Positions 11,032 through 22,400 of a DNA stretch of 64,000 bases are shown here, piece after piece. Within the stretch, counting starts at the first letter, position 1. The number at the start of each line of letters is the position of its first letter. Source of the DNA: Anaeramoeba ignava BMAN (taxonomy: Eukaryota; Protista; Anaeramoebae); contig JAPDFW010000081.1 in NCBI GenBank assembly GCA_028826165.1, positions 1,151,206 through 1,215,205 of the forward strand, given 5' to 3'. The position numbers and the translations under genes are program-made. The notes under the pieces are model-generated. The model was given only the letters and a program-made list of their open reading frames with translations. It did not search any database and was not told the origin of the DNA.

Positions 11032-14000
11032 ATGACAACTGATAAAAAAATTGAAGTTGATATTTCAACACTTCATCCTCTTTCTCCAGAAATTATGAAG
11101 AACCAAGCAACAAGTATTAAAATTAAAATTAAAAAACACAAAAAAATAAAAAAATTAATTTAAAAATAAAAAAAAATAATTTTTTTTATAAAATTAATTA
11201 GTTAATTTAGGTTTGATTTACTTATTCTTTGCAAAACAACAAATACAATTAATTCAATATATATTTTTAAATTCAATATATATTTTTAAATTTAATATAT
11301 ATATTTTTAAATTCAATATATATTTTTAAATTTAATATTTTTAAATTCAATATATATTTTTAAACTCAATATTTATTTTTAAATTCAATATATTTATTTT
11401 TAAATTCAATATATATTTTTAAATTCAATATATATTTTTAAATTCAATATATATTTTTAAATTCAATATATATTTTTAAATTCAATATATATTTTTTAAA
11501 TTCAATATATATTTTTAAATTTAATATATATTTTTAAATTCAATATATATTTTTAAATTCAATATATATATTTTTAAATTCAATATATATTTTTAAATTT
11601 AATATTTTTAAATTCAATATATATTTTTAAATTCAATATATATTTTTAAATTTAATATATTTATTTAAATTCAATATATATTTTTAAATTCAATATATAT
11701 TTTTAAATTCAAATATATATTTTTAAATTCAGGAACTATTGGACATGTAGCTCATGGTAAAACAACAGTAGTTAAAGCAATATCAGGAGTTCAAGTATTA
11801 TTTTTTAATTGAAATAAAATTTTAAAATGAAAATTAAAAAAAAAATTTTTTTGTTTATTTAGACTGTAAATTTTATTATTTGAAAAAAAATTATAGAAAG
11901 AATTTTAATTAATCTTTTTCTTATTTTTTTTTTAAAAAATAAATTTAGATTAAATTTAGGTTTGAAAATCTTTTTTTTTTGATTTAGATTTATTTTAAAA
12001 TTTAACCTCAAAACAACAAAAATTTTTTTTCAATTAAAAATTTAAATTAAAGAAATGAATTAATCCGAAACATTACAAGTATAAATTTTTAAAAATTAAA
12101 ATTAAAATTAAATTTAATTTAAATTACTTTTTTTTGATAATTTAAAAAAGTTAAACTTGGTTATGCAAATGCAAAGATTTATAAATGTGATAATCCAGAC
12201 TGTCCAAGACCTGATTGTTATAAATCATTTGGAAGTGGAAAAGAAGATAATCCACCATGTCCAAGACCAAATTGTGGAGGAACATTACAATTATTACGGT
12301 AAATCAAAATCAAAATCAAAATCAAAATTAAAATTAAAATCAAAATTTAAAATTAAAATTAAAATTAAAATCAAAATCAAAATCAAAATTTAAAATTAAA
12401 ATTAAAATTAAAATCAAAATTAAAATCAAAATCAAAAATTCAAAATCAAAATTAAAATTAAAATTAAAATCAAAATTAAAATTAAAATCAAAATTAAAAT
12501 TAAAATTAAAATTAAAATCAAAATCAAAATCAAAATCAAAATCAAAATCAAAATCAAAATCAAAATTAAAATCAAAATTAAAATCAAAATTAAAATCAAA
12601 ATTAAAATCAAAAAATTAAAATCCAAAATCAAAATCAAAAAATCAAAAATCAAAATTAAAAAATTAAAATCAAAAATCAAAATCAAAATTAAAATTAAAA
12701 TCAAAATTAAAATTAAAATTTAAAATTAAAATCAAAATGAAAATGAAAATTAAAATTAAAATGAAAATGAAAATGAAAATGAAAATCAAAATGAAAATCA
12801 AAATCAAAAATTAAAATCAAATTCAAAAATCAAAATTCAAAATCAAAATCAAAATCAAAATTAAAATTAAAACCAAAATCAAAATCAAAATCAAAATCAA
12901 AATTAAAATCAAAATCAATATCAAAATCAAAATCAAAATCAAAATTAAAATGAAAATGAAAATGAAAATGAAAATGAAAATCAAAATTAAAATTAAAATT
13001 AAAATAAAAATCAAAATTAAAATTAAAATCAAAATTAAAATCAAAATTAAAATCAAAATCAAAATCAAAATCAAAATCAAAATCAAAATCAAAATCAAAA
13101 TCAAAATCAAAATCAAAATCAAAACAAAAATTAAAATTTAAATCAAAATTAAAATTAAAATTTAAAAAATTAAGACATGTTTCCTTTGTTGATTGTCCTG
13201 GTCATGATATTTTAATGGCAACAATGTTGAATGGAGCTGCTGTTATGGATGCTGTTTTATTATTAATTGCTGGAAATGAACCATGTCCACAACCTCAAAC
13301 AAGTGAACATTTAGCTGCAATTGAAATTATGAAATTAAAGGATATAATTATTTTACAAAATAAAATTGATTTAATTCGTGAAAGTTCAGCAAAAGAACAA
13401 TATAAACAAATTAAAAATTTTGTTCAAGGTAGATTTATAATTTGAGGAATGAATTCTCTTAGAATAATTAAAATTAAAATGAAAATTTATTTGAAAAATT
13501 TATTTCAAAATCTATTTGAAAATCTATTTGAAAAATTTATTTGAAAATTTATTTGAAAAATTATTTGAAAATTTTATTTAAAAATTTATTTGAAAAAATT
13601 ATTTGAAAATTTATTTGAAAATTTATTTGAAAATTTATTTCAAAATTTATTTCAAAATTTATTTGAAAATTTATTTGAAAATTTATTTAAAAATCTATTT
13701 AAAAATCTATTTGAAAATTTATTTCAAAATCTATTTCAAAATCTATTTCAAAATCTATTTGAAAATTTATTTCAAAATTATTTCAAAATCTATTTCAAAA
13801 TTTATTGAAAATCTATTTAAAATTTATTTAAAAATTATTTGAAAAATTATTTTAAAATTTATTTGAAAATTTATTTCAAAATTTATTTCAAAATTTATTT
13901 GAAAATTTATTTCAAAATTTATTTGAAAATTTATTTGAAAATTTATTTGAAAATTTATTTGAAAATTTATTTCAAAATTTATTTGAAAATTTATTTGAAA

Positions 14001-15264
14001 ATCTATTTGAAAATTTATTTGAAAATTTATTTCAAAATTATTTCAAAATTTATTTCAAAATTTATTTCAAAATCTATTTGAAAATTTATTTGAAAATTTA
14101 TTTGAAAAATTATTTGAAAATTTTATTTAAAAATTTATTTCAAAATCTATTTCAAAATTTATTTAAAAATTTATTTGAAAATTTATTTGAAAATTTATTT
14201 GAAAATTTTATTTGAAAATTTATTTCAAAATTTATTTTAAAAATTATTTGAAAATTTATTTGAAAATTTATTTATTTCAAAATTTATTTCAAAATCTATT
14301 TGAAAATTTATTTGAAAAATTATTTGAAAATTTATTTAAAAATTTATTTGAAAATTTATTTAAAAATTTATTTAAAAATTTATTTCAAAATTTATTTTAA
14401 AAAAAAAAGATACAATTGCCAAAGATGCACCAATTATCCCAACCTCAGCACAACTTGGTTATAACATTGATGTTGTTAACGAAGCTATTGTGAAAAACAT
14501 AAGAATACCACATAGAGACTTTACATCACCACCAAGATTGATTGTAATTCGGTCATTTGATATCAAACAAACCAGGTTGCACAATTGATAATCTACGAGG
14601 AGGAGTAGCAGGAGGAAGTCTTTTGCAAGGGATTTTACGAGTAGGTGATGAGATTGAAATCCGACCAGGAGATGTAGGAACAAAAGAAGGAAGAATAAGA
14701 TGCACTCCACTTCGAACAAAAATTCTCTCACTTATGGCTGAAGAAAATAAATTGGATTTCGCAATTCCTGGCGGTTTAATTGGAATTGGAACTAAAATCG
14801 ATCCTGCTCTTTGTAGAGGAAATCATCTTGTTGGCCATGTTATTGGTGCTGTTGGAAAACTCCCTGATATTTTTATCGAAATTGAAATCAATTATTTCCT
14901 TCTTAGAAGACTTCTTGGTGTTCGTGTTTCTGAAACTCAACAGCAAACTTCTTCCATTTCCGCTCTTGAAAAAAATGAGATTTTACTTGTTAATATTGGT
15001 AGTACAACTACTGGTGGTCGTGTTCTAACTGTTAGAGGTGATCTTGCTAAAATTCAATTGCAAAATCCTGTTTGTACTGAAGTTGGTGAAAAAATTGCTT
15101 TAAGTCGAAAAGTTCAAGATCATTGGAGGTAATTATTATTTTATTATTTTAAAATTCAATATTTAAAAATTCAATATTTATTTTCTTCTTCTTTTTATTT
15201 TTTTATTAGATTAATTGGTTGGGGTGAAATCAAAAGAGGAACTGTTGTTCCAATTGAAAAATAG
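11032..15264 (+). CDS. EIF2S3: Translation initiation factor eIF2 gamma subunit; 10 exons (11032-11113, 11202-11210, 11733-11794, 11863-11865, 11949-11959, 12053-12078, 12151-12298, 13175-13428, 14410-15128, 15210-15264)
   Basis: Spliced product gives [89 protein letters not shown] and [10 protein letters not shown]. One extra A at about 14565 breaks frame (FDI-NKPG). Confidence 0.95.
11250..11730. repeat. Intronic ~19-20-mer satellite (AAATTCAATATATATTTTT)n
   Basis: Fills eIF2-gamma intron 2. Confidence 0.95.
12300..13170. repeat. Intronic hexamer satellite (AAAATC/AAAATT/AAAATG)n
   Basis: Fills eIF2-gamma intron 7; source of the poly-IL/KI pseudo-ORFs. Confidence 0.95.
13480..14400. repeat. 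Intronic 12-mer satellite (TTTATTTGAAAA/TTTATTTCAAAA)n
   Basis: Fills eIF2-gamma intron 8. Confidence 0.95.
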
Positions 15265-15304
15265 ATAAAAGAATAAATTTTTTTTTTTTAAAAAATATTT
15301 CAAA

Positions 15305-15325
15305 TTTTGATCCACTTTTTTTTTT
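15305..15325. promoter_or_regulatory. Conserved intergenic element TTTTGATCCACTTTTT (variant)
   Basis: One mismatch to the copies at 31681, 35755 and 55121; about 40 nt after the eIF2-gamma stop. Confidence 0.45.
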
Positions 15326-15479
15326 CTACATTTTTTTTTAATCAATTTTTTTTGATTTGATTCGATTTTTTACTTTCAAATTCCTTTTTCTTTTCTTTTT
15401 CTAAAATAATAAAATTTAAAAAATATTTTTTTCATTTTTTTCATTTTCATTTTTTCTTTTCTATTTTTTTAAAAATAAA

Positions 15480-18400
15480 ATGAGTGAACCAATTTCTTTA
15501 TTTGTTGGTGACTTACCACAAACAGTAACACAAGTATATCTAAAGCAATTATTTGCGGAAAGATATCATTCAGTAATTGCGTCCAAAATCATAACGGACA
15601 CCAATACAGGACAAAGTAAAGGATATGGATTTGTTACATTTACAAATGATGAAGATGCAAGAAGAGCACTTGTTGAAATGAATGGGTTTTTTTTATTTGG
15701 AGGTACAATTAGAGTATCAACAGCACATAGCAAAACAAGCTTGATTCCAAACAGCACACCAACATTTCCAGCCTTATCAACAACACCAGCAACACCTACA
15801 GCAAATATCACAGGTGATGCTAGTAATACAACGGTTTATGTTGGAAAATTAGATCCAACTGTTTCTGTTGAAGAATTAAAAAGTCATGCTGAAAAATTTG
15901 GTGAGATTACTTATTGTAAAATTCCTCCTGGTAAAGGTTGTGGTTTTGTTCAGTTTACTACAAGGGATTCTGCTGAAAATTGTTTGAATAATTTAACTGG
16001 TCAAGTTATTGGTTGTCATCCTGTTAAATGTTCTTGGGGAAGAATTCAACCAAAAACAACAACAACTACTACACCAACAATTCAAACCCCGACAAATCTA
16101 ACTAATGTTGCTCAAAGGATTACGTAATTTATTTATTAAATTTTATCCGATATTTATTTAATTTTTATCCGAATTTGAAATTGATTTAATTTTGATTTTA
16201 TTTTGATTTAATTTTGATTTGAATTTTAATTTAATTTTAATTTAATTTTAATTTAATTTTAATTTAATTTTAATTTAATTTTAATTTAATTTTAATTTAA
16301 TTTTAATTTAATTTTGATTTAATTTTAATTTAATTTTAATTTAATTTTAATTTAATTTTAATTTAATTTTGATTTAATTTTAATTTAATTTTGATTTAAT
16401 TTTAATTTAATTTTGATTTAATTTTAATTTAATTTTAATTTAATTTTAATTTAATTTTTAATTTAATTTTAATTTAATTTTGATTTAATTTTAATTTAAT
16501 TTTGATTTAATTTTGATTTAATTTTGATTTAATTTTAATTTAATTTTGATTTAATTTTGATTTAATTTTAATTAATTTTAATTTAATTTTAATTTAATTT
16601 TAATTTTAATTTTAATTTAATTTTAATTTAATTTTGATTTAATTTTAATTTAATTTTTGATTTAATTTTATTTAATTTTGATTTAATTTTAATTTAATTT
16701 TAATTTAATTTTAATTTAATTTTAATTTAATTTTGATTTAATTTTAATTTAATTTTAATTTAATTTTAATTTAATTTTGATTTAATTTTAATTTAATTTT
16801 GATTTAATTTTAATTTAATTTTGATTTAATTTTGATTTAATTTTAATTTAATTTTAATTTAATTTTAATTTAATTTTAATTTAATTTTGATTTTATCCGA
16901 ATTTGAAATTGATTTAATTTTGATTTAATTTTGATTTAATTTTGATTTAATTTTGATTTTAAATTTTAATTTAATTTTAATTTAATTTTAATTTGATTTT
17001 GATTTTAATTTAATTTTGATTTAATTTTAATTTAATTTTAATTTAATTTTAATTTAATTTTGATTTAATTTTAATTTAATTTTAATTTAATTTGATTTAA
17101 TTTTGATTTAATTTTAATTTTAATTTTGATTTAATTTTAATTTAATTTTTATCCGATTTTAATTTTGATTTAATTTTGATTTAATTTTGATTTAATTTTG
17201 ATTTAATTTTGAGTTTAATTTTAATTTAAATTTAATTTTGATTTTAATTTAATTTTAATTTAATTTTAATTTAATTTTTGATTTTGATTTAATTTTAATT
17301 TAATTTTAATTTAATTTTAATTTAATTTTGATTTAATTTTGATTTAATTTTGATTTAATTTTGATTTAATTTTAATTTAATTTTGATTTAATTTTTATTT
17401 AATTTTGATTTAATTTTAATTTAATTTAATTTTAATTTAATTTTGATTTAATTTTAATTTAATTTTGATTTAATTTTTAATTTAATTTTAATTTAATTTT
17501 GATTTAATTTAATTTTAATTTTGATTTAATTTTAAATTTAATTTTGATTTAATTTTGATTTAATTTTGATTTAATTTTAATTTAATTTAATTTTAATTTT
17601 AATTTTTTTAATTTTGATTTAATTTTAATTTAATTTTAATTTAATTTTGATTTAATTTTGATTTAATTTTAATTTAATTTTAATTTAATTTTAATTTAAT
17701 TTTAATTTAATTTTGATTTAATTTTGATTTAATTTTGATTTAATTTTGATTTATTTTAATTTTAATTTTAATTTTTAAATTTTAATTTTAATTTTAATTT
17801 AATTTTAATTTAATTTTGATTTATTTTAATTTAATTTTGATTTAATTTTGATTTAATTTTTATCCGATTTTGATTTAATTTTTATCCGATTTTGATTTAA
17901 TTTTGATTTAATTTTGATTTAATTTTAATTTAATTTTGATTTAATTTTGATTTAATTTTGATTTAATTTTGATTTAATTTTAATTTAATTTAATTTAATT
18001 TTGATTTAATTTTAATTTAATTTTGATTTAATTTTGATTTAATTTTAATTTAATTTTGATTTAATTTTAATTTAATTTTAATTTAATTTTAATTTAATTT
18101 TGATTTAATTTTGATTTAATTTTGATTTAATTTTGATTTAATTTTAATTTAATTTTGATTTAATTTTGATTTAATTTTGATTTAATTTTAATTTAATTTT
18201 AATTTAATTTTGATTTAATTAAATTTGATTTTAATTTAATTTTGATTTAATTTTAATTTAATTTTGATTTAATTTTAATTTAATTTTTATCCGATTTTGA
18301 TTTAATTTTGATTTAATTTTGATTTAATTTTAATTTAATTTTAATTTAATTTTGATTTAATTTTAATTTAAATTTGATTTAATTTTGATTTAATTTTGAT

Positions 18401-19227
18401 TTAATTTTAATTTAATTTTGATTTAATTTTAATTTAATTTTAATTTAATTTTAATTTAATTTTAATTTAATTTTAATTTTGATTTAATTTTAATTTAATT
18501 TTTATCCGATTTAAATTTAATTTTGATTTAATTTTAATTTAATTTTGATTTAATTTTGATTTAATTTTAATTTAATTTTAATTTAATTTTAATTTAATTT
18601 TAATTTAATTTTGATTTAATTTTGATTTAATTTTGATTTAATTTTGATTTAATTTTAATTTAATTTAATTTTGATTTAATTTTGATTTAATTTAATTTAA
18701 TTTTTTTAATTTTAATTTTAATTTAATTTTAATTTAATTTTAATTTAATTTTGATTTAATTTTAATTTAATTTTAATTTAATTTTAATTTTGATTTAATT
18801 TTGATTTAATTTTAATTTAATTTTAATTTAAATTTAATTTAATTTTAATTTTAATTTTGATTTAATTTTGATTTAATTTAATTTTAATTTTAATTTAATT
18901 TTAATTTAATTTTGATTTAATTTTTATCCGATTTTGATTTAATTTTAATTTAATTTTGATTTAATTTTGATTTAATTTTAATTTAAATTTTAATTTAATT
19001 TTGATTTAATTTTAATTTAATTTTAATTTAATTTTGATTTAAAATTTTATTATAGAATTCCTCAAATTCCTTCAACTCCTTTAATTTTACAACAAACATC
19101 AGTAGAAGAAGTTTTAAAACCATTAAATATTGAAGAAGAAAATTCAAAATTTTCAGAAAAAAAATTAAAACATTCCACTTTATCTCTTTCAAGTTTATAT
19201 CCTATTTTTAATATATTTGATAAATAA
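15480..19227 (+). CDS. Two-RRM RNA-binding protein, NAM8/RBP45-47/TRNAU1AP(SECp43)-like; exons 15480-16123 and 19056-19227
   Basis: RNP motifs SLFVGDL, SKGYGFVTF, NTTVYVGKL, GKGCGFVQF and SWGR. The phase-2 GT-AG intron joins in frame to a short exon (PLNIEEENSKF) ending in TAA. Confidence 0.8.
16185..19045. repeat. 2.9-kb intronic 11-mer satellite (TTAATTTT(G/A)AT)n with interspersed TTTTATCCGA
   Basis: Fills intron 16124-19055. Confidence 0.95.
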
Positions 19228-19452
19228 AATTAAAATTTAAATAAATAAATAAAAAGAAAATCGTTAAAAAATTTAATTAAAAAAAAAAAGAAAGAAAAAA
19301 ATTTTTTTGTTTTTTTTTTTTTTAATTAAAAAAGAAGGAAACTATAAAAACAAAAATTGAAGAAGAAAAAAAATCATTTTTTTTTTTACAAATTTTTTTA
19401 ATAAAAAAAAAAAAAATTAATTAATTAATTAATTAAGCAAAAAGAAAAGAAA

Positions 19453-22400
19453 ATGGAGACTGAAGAAAACCAAACTAAAATTTTAATTAAAAATGATTAC
19501 CCAAATTTCTTTAGAAAAGCAAAAACAAGAGAAGAAAAAGATGAATTATTTTCACAATCAATGAATGAAGAAAATCTTTATCGAAAATTATTTGCACAAG
19601 AAAGAGAAACGTCAAAAGAAATACAAGATCCACATTTGATGTTAGTTGACACTTATTCAAATCAAGATATTTATCAATTTGCAACTGAAACTGAAGAAGA
19701 GAAAAAAATCCCAAAACTTTTTCCTCAAAAACAAAAAGAACCAAATGAAAAGTGTATAAATTCATTAGAAGAATTTAAAAGAAATTTCGAAGTTTTTTCT
19801 GAAGGACAATTAAGATATTTGAATTGGAATAATTGTTTTGTAGCAGGAGGTTCAGTTTTAGCAGCATTAACACCAATTCCTGGTAAATATTTATTTTAAA
19901 TTAATTTTTTAATTTTTAATTTTTAATTTTTAATTTTTAATTTTAGATGAACTTGATAAAAATAATTTGACAAGAAGAACTTATTATCATGATCAAGCTT
20001 ATTCAAATTCTGATATTGATATTTTTATTTATGGAATTACTGACCAAGATGAAGCAAATGAAAAATTGAAAGAAATTTTTCAAATTATTACAGAAACAAT
20101 TCCAGTCAAAGCAATTGCATTCAGAAGCAAACATGCAGTTACAATTGGTAAATAAATTTAAAACAAATTTTATTTTTATAAATGAATTTTAATTTTAAAT
20201 TTAATTTTAATTGATTTTATTTTTATAAATGAATTTTAATTTTAATTGATTTTATTTGATTTTATTTTTATAAATGAATTTTAATTTTAATTGATTTTAT
20301 TTTTAGTCTCTCAATATCCTTATCGTCATATCCAAATTATTTTAAGACTTTATAAATCCATTTCAGAAATCTTAATGGGATTTGATGTTGATTGTTGCAG
20401 TTGTGGATTTGATGGAGAAAAAGTTTGGATGACTCCAAGATGTCATCGTTCAATGGTCTATCAATGTAATACAATTGATATGACTAGAAGAAGTCCTACT
20501 TATGAAACTCGATTGGCAAAATATAGTTCAAGAGGATATTCTGTTCTTGTTCCCTTTTTGGATCGATCCAAAGTTGATATTTCTTTATATGAAAGAAGAA
20601 TTGATAGGGTTCATGGATTGGCAAAACTTCTGTTACTTGAACAATTACAAACATCTCAACAGCATACAGTTTTTAAAGAGTTTTCAAGATTGAGAAGATT
20701 AAGACCTCCTTCAAATATTCATCCATCAGTTTGGGGATTTTTGGATCCTTCATTAAACGAAGAGAAGAAATATGTTGATTTACAAGAGAATGAATCTGAT
20801 TATTCCGTTGTGTTTCTTCCATGGTAAATAATTTTTTATTTTTAATTTATTTTTATTTTTATTTTTATTTTTATTTTTATTTTTATTTTTATTTTAAAAA
20901 GGGGTAAAGAATGGAATGCTGAAAGGGCTAGAAAAATTATGTATCAAAAAGATATGATCCTCAATTCAGCTTGGTATGATCCAGATAAAAAATTCCATAC
21001 TCATCCTTGTTTCTTTGGAACTGCAGAAGAAATTATTGGAGATTGTTGTGGAGCTGATAATTGTTCAGCAGTGAATTTAGATGAAGAATTGGGAGAATCA
21101 AACATGTATGTAAACGGAAAATTAACTTGGATGACTGTTGATCCAGGCCAACAATCAATAGGTTCATTCCATCCAATTACTGATGAAGATTGGTGCGCAG
21201 ATGCTTATGTGTCTGATAAGTTTGATAGTTTATGTCAGGCAATTAGTGTGAATGATTATAATAAAGTTGCTGAACTTTTGAAACATGGAGATATTGATCT
21301 TGATAAGAAGGATTATGTTGGAAGAGCTCCTCTTCATCTTGCTGTTCTTTATAATTCAATACAATCTGTTAAACTACTTCTTGAAAACGATGCCAAAATT
21401 TCATTCAAATTAATCGATGGAAGAAGTCCTGTTCATATTGCAGCTCAATACGGTTATTCAGAAATTTTGGAAATGCTTCTTGATAAATTGAATGAAGTCA
21501 AATCTGAAACGAAACCAGAAAAGGCTGAAGATGAGGATGATGGAATGGAAGAAATTGAAATGGAAAATGAACTTGATCCTTCAATGAAAAACGAAAAAAA
21601 GAAAAAGGGAAAAAAACAAAAGAGAAAATCAAAAAGAGCAATGGATGAAGATGATGAAGATGAAGATGAGGATGAGGATGAAGACGAAGACGAGAATGAA
21701 GATGAATATGGGGAATTCAGTTTGAAAAAATTGATGGAAAAACGCAAAAAAGAAAAAGAAAGCGCATTATTTGGATACGATCCTTCTCTTGATCTTGATG
21801 ATGAAGAGTTTGATGTGAATCAAGAAGATTGGGATTTGAGAATGACTCCACTTCATTATGCAACCTTTTTCGGACATATCAAATGCATTGATTTACTTTT
21901 GGATAAAGGAGGAGCAGATATCAACAAGATGCTAATTTACAAACAAGACCAAAGAGTTCTTGCCCAATATACTTCATTAACTCTTGCTTTATTTGGGAAG
22001 AAATATGATATTGCATCCCATTTAATGAAGCGCAATATCGATATTACACAAAAGGATTTAAATGGAGAAAATATTCTTCATAAAGCTTGCAGATTAGTTG
22101 ATCTTCGATTCTTGAAGCTTGTTCTTGAATTCGCAAATAAACATAACATTAAGCTTGAAATGATCACAAATAGTCGTTCAACTCCTCTTCAATGTGTTTT
22201 GGAAAGTATTCCTAATGATCTTTTGGATGTAATTCCACAAAACAACAAAACCAAAGAAGACAAACGCGAACTTGAAAAAGCACTTAATATTCGGCATAGT
22301 GATAATAAATATCATGCCCATTATGAAATGATCATGTATTTACTTGACAATTCACCTCTTCGTGGAGAAATTGCTATCAAGGATTTACCCGCAAATTTCT

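Noticed and set aside
12432-14400. Poly-IL, KI, KIYL and NLFE ORFs (also at 6320, 28727, 29754, 53061-54349, 61379, 61922)
   Set aside because: Translations of stop-free satellites inside introns or spacers, or alternative frames of low-complexity exons.
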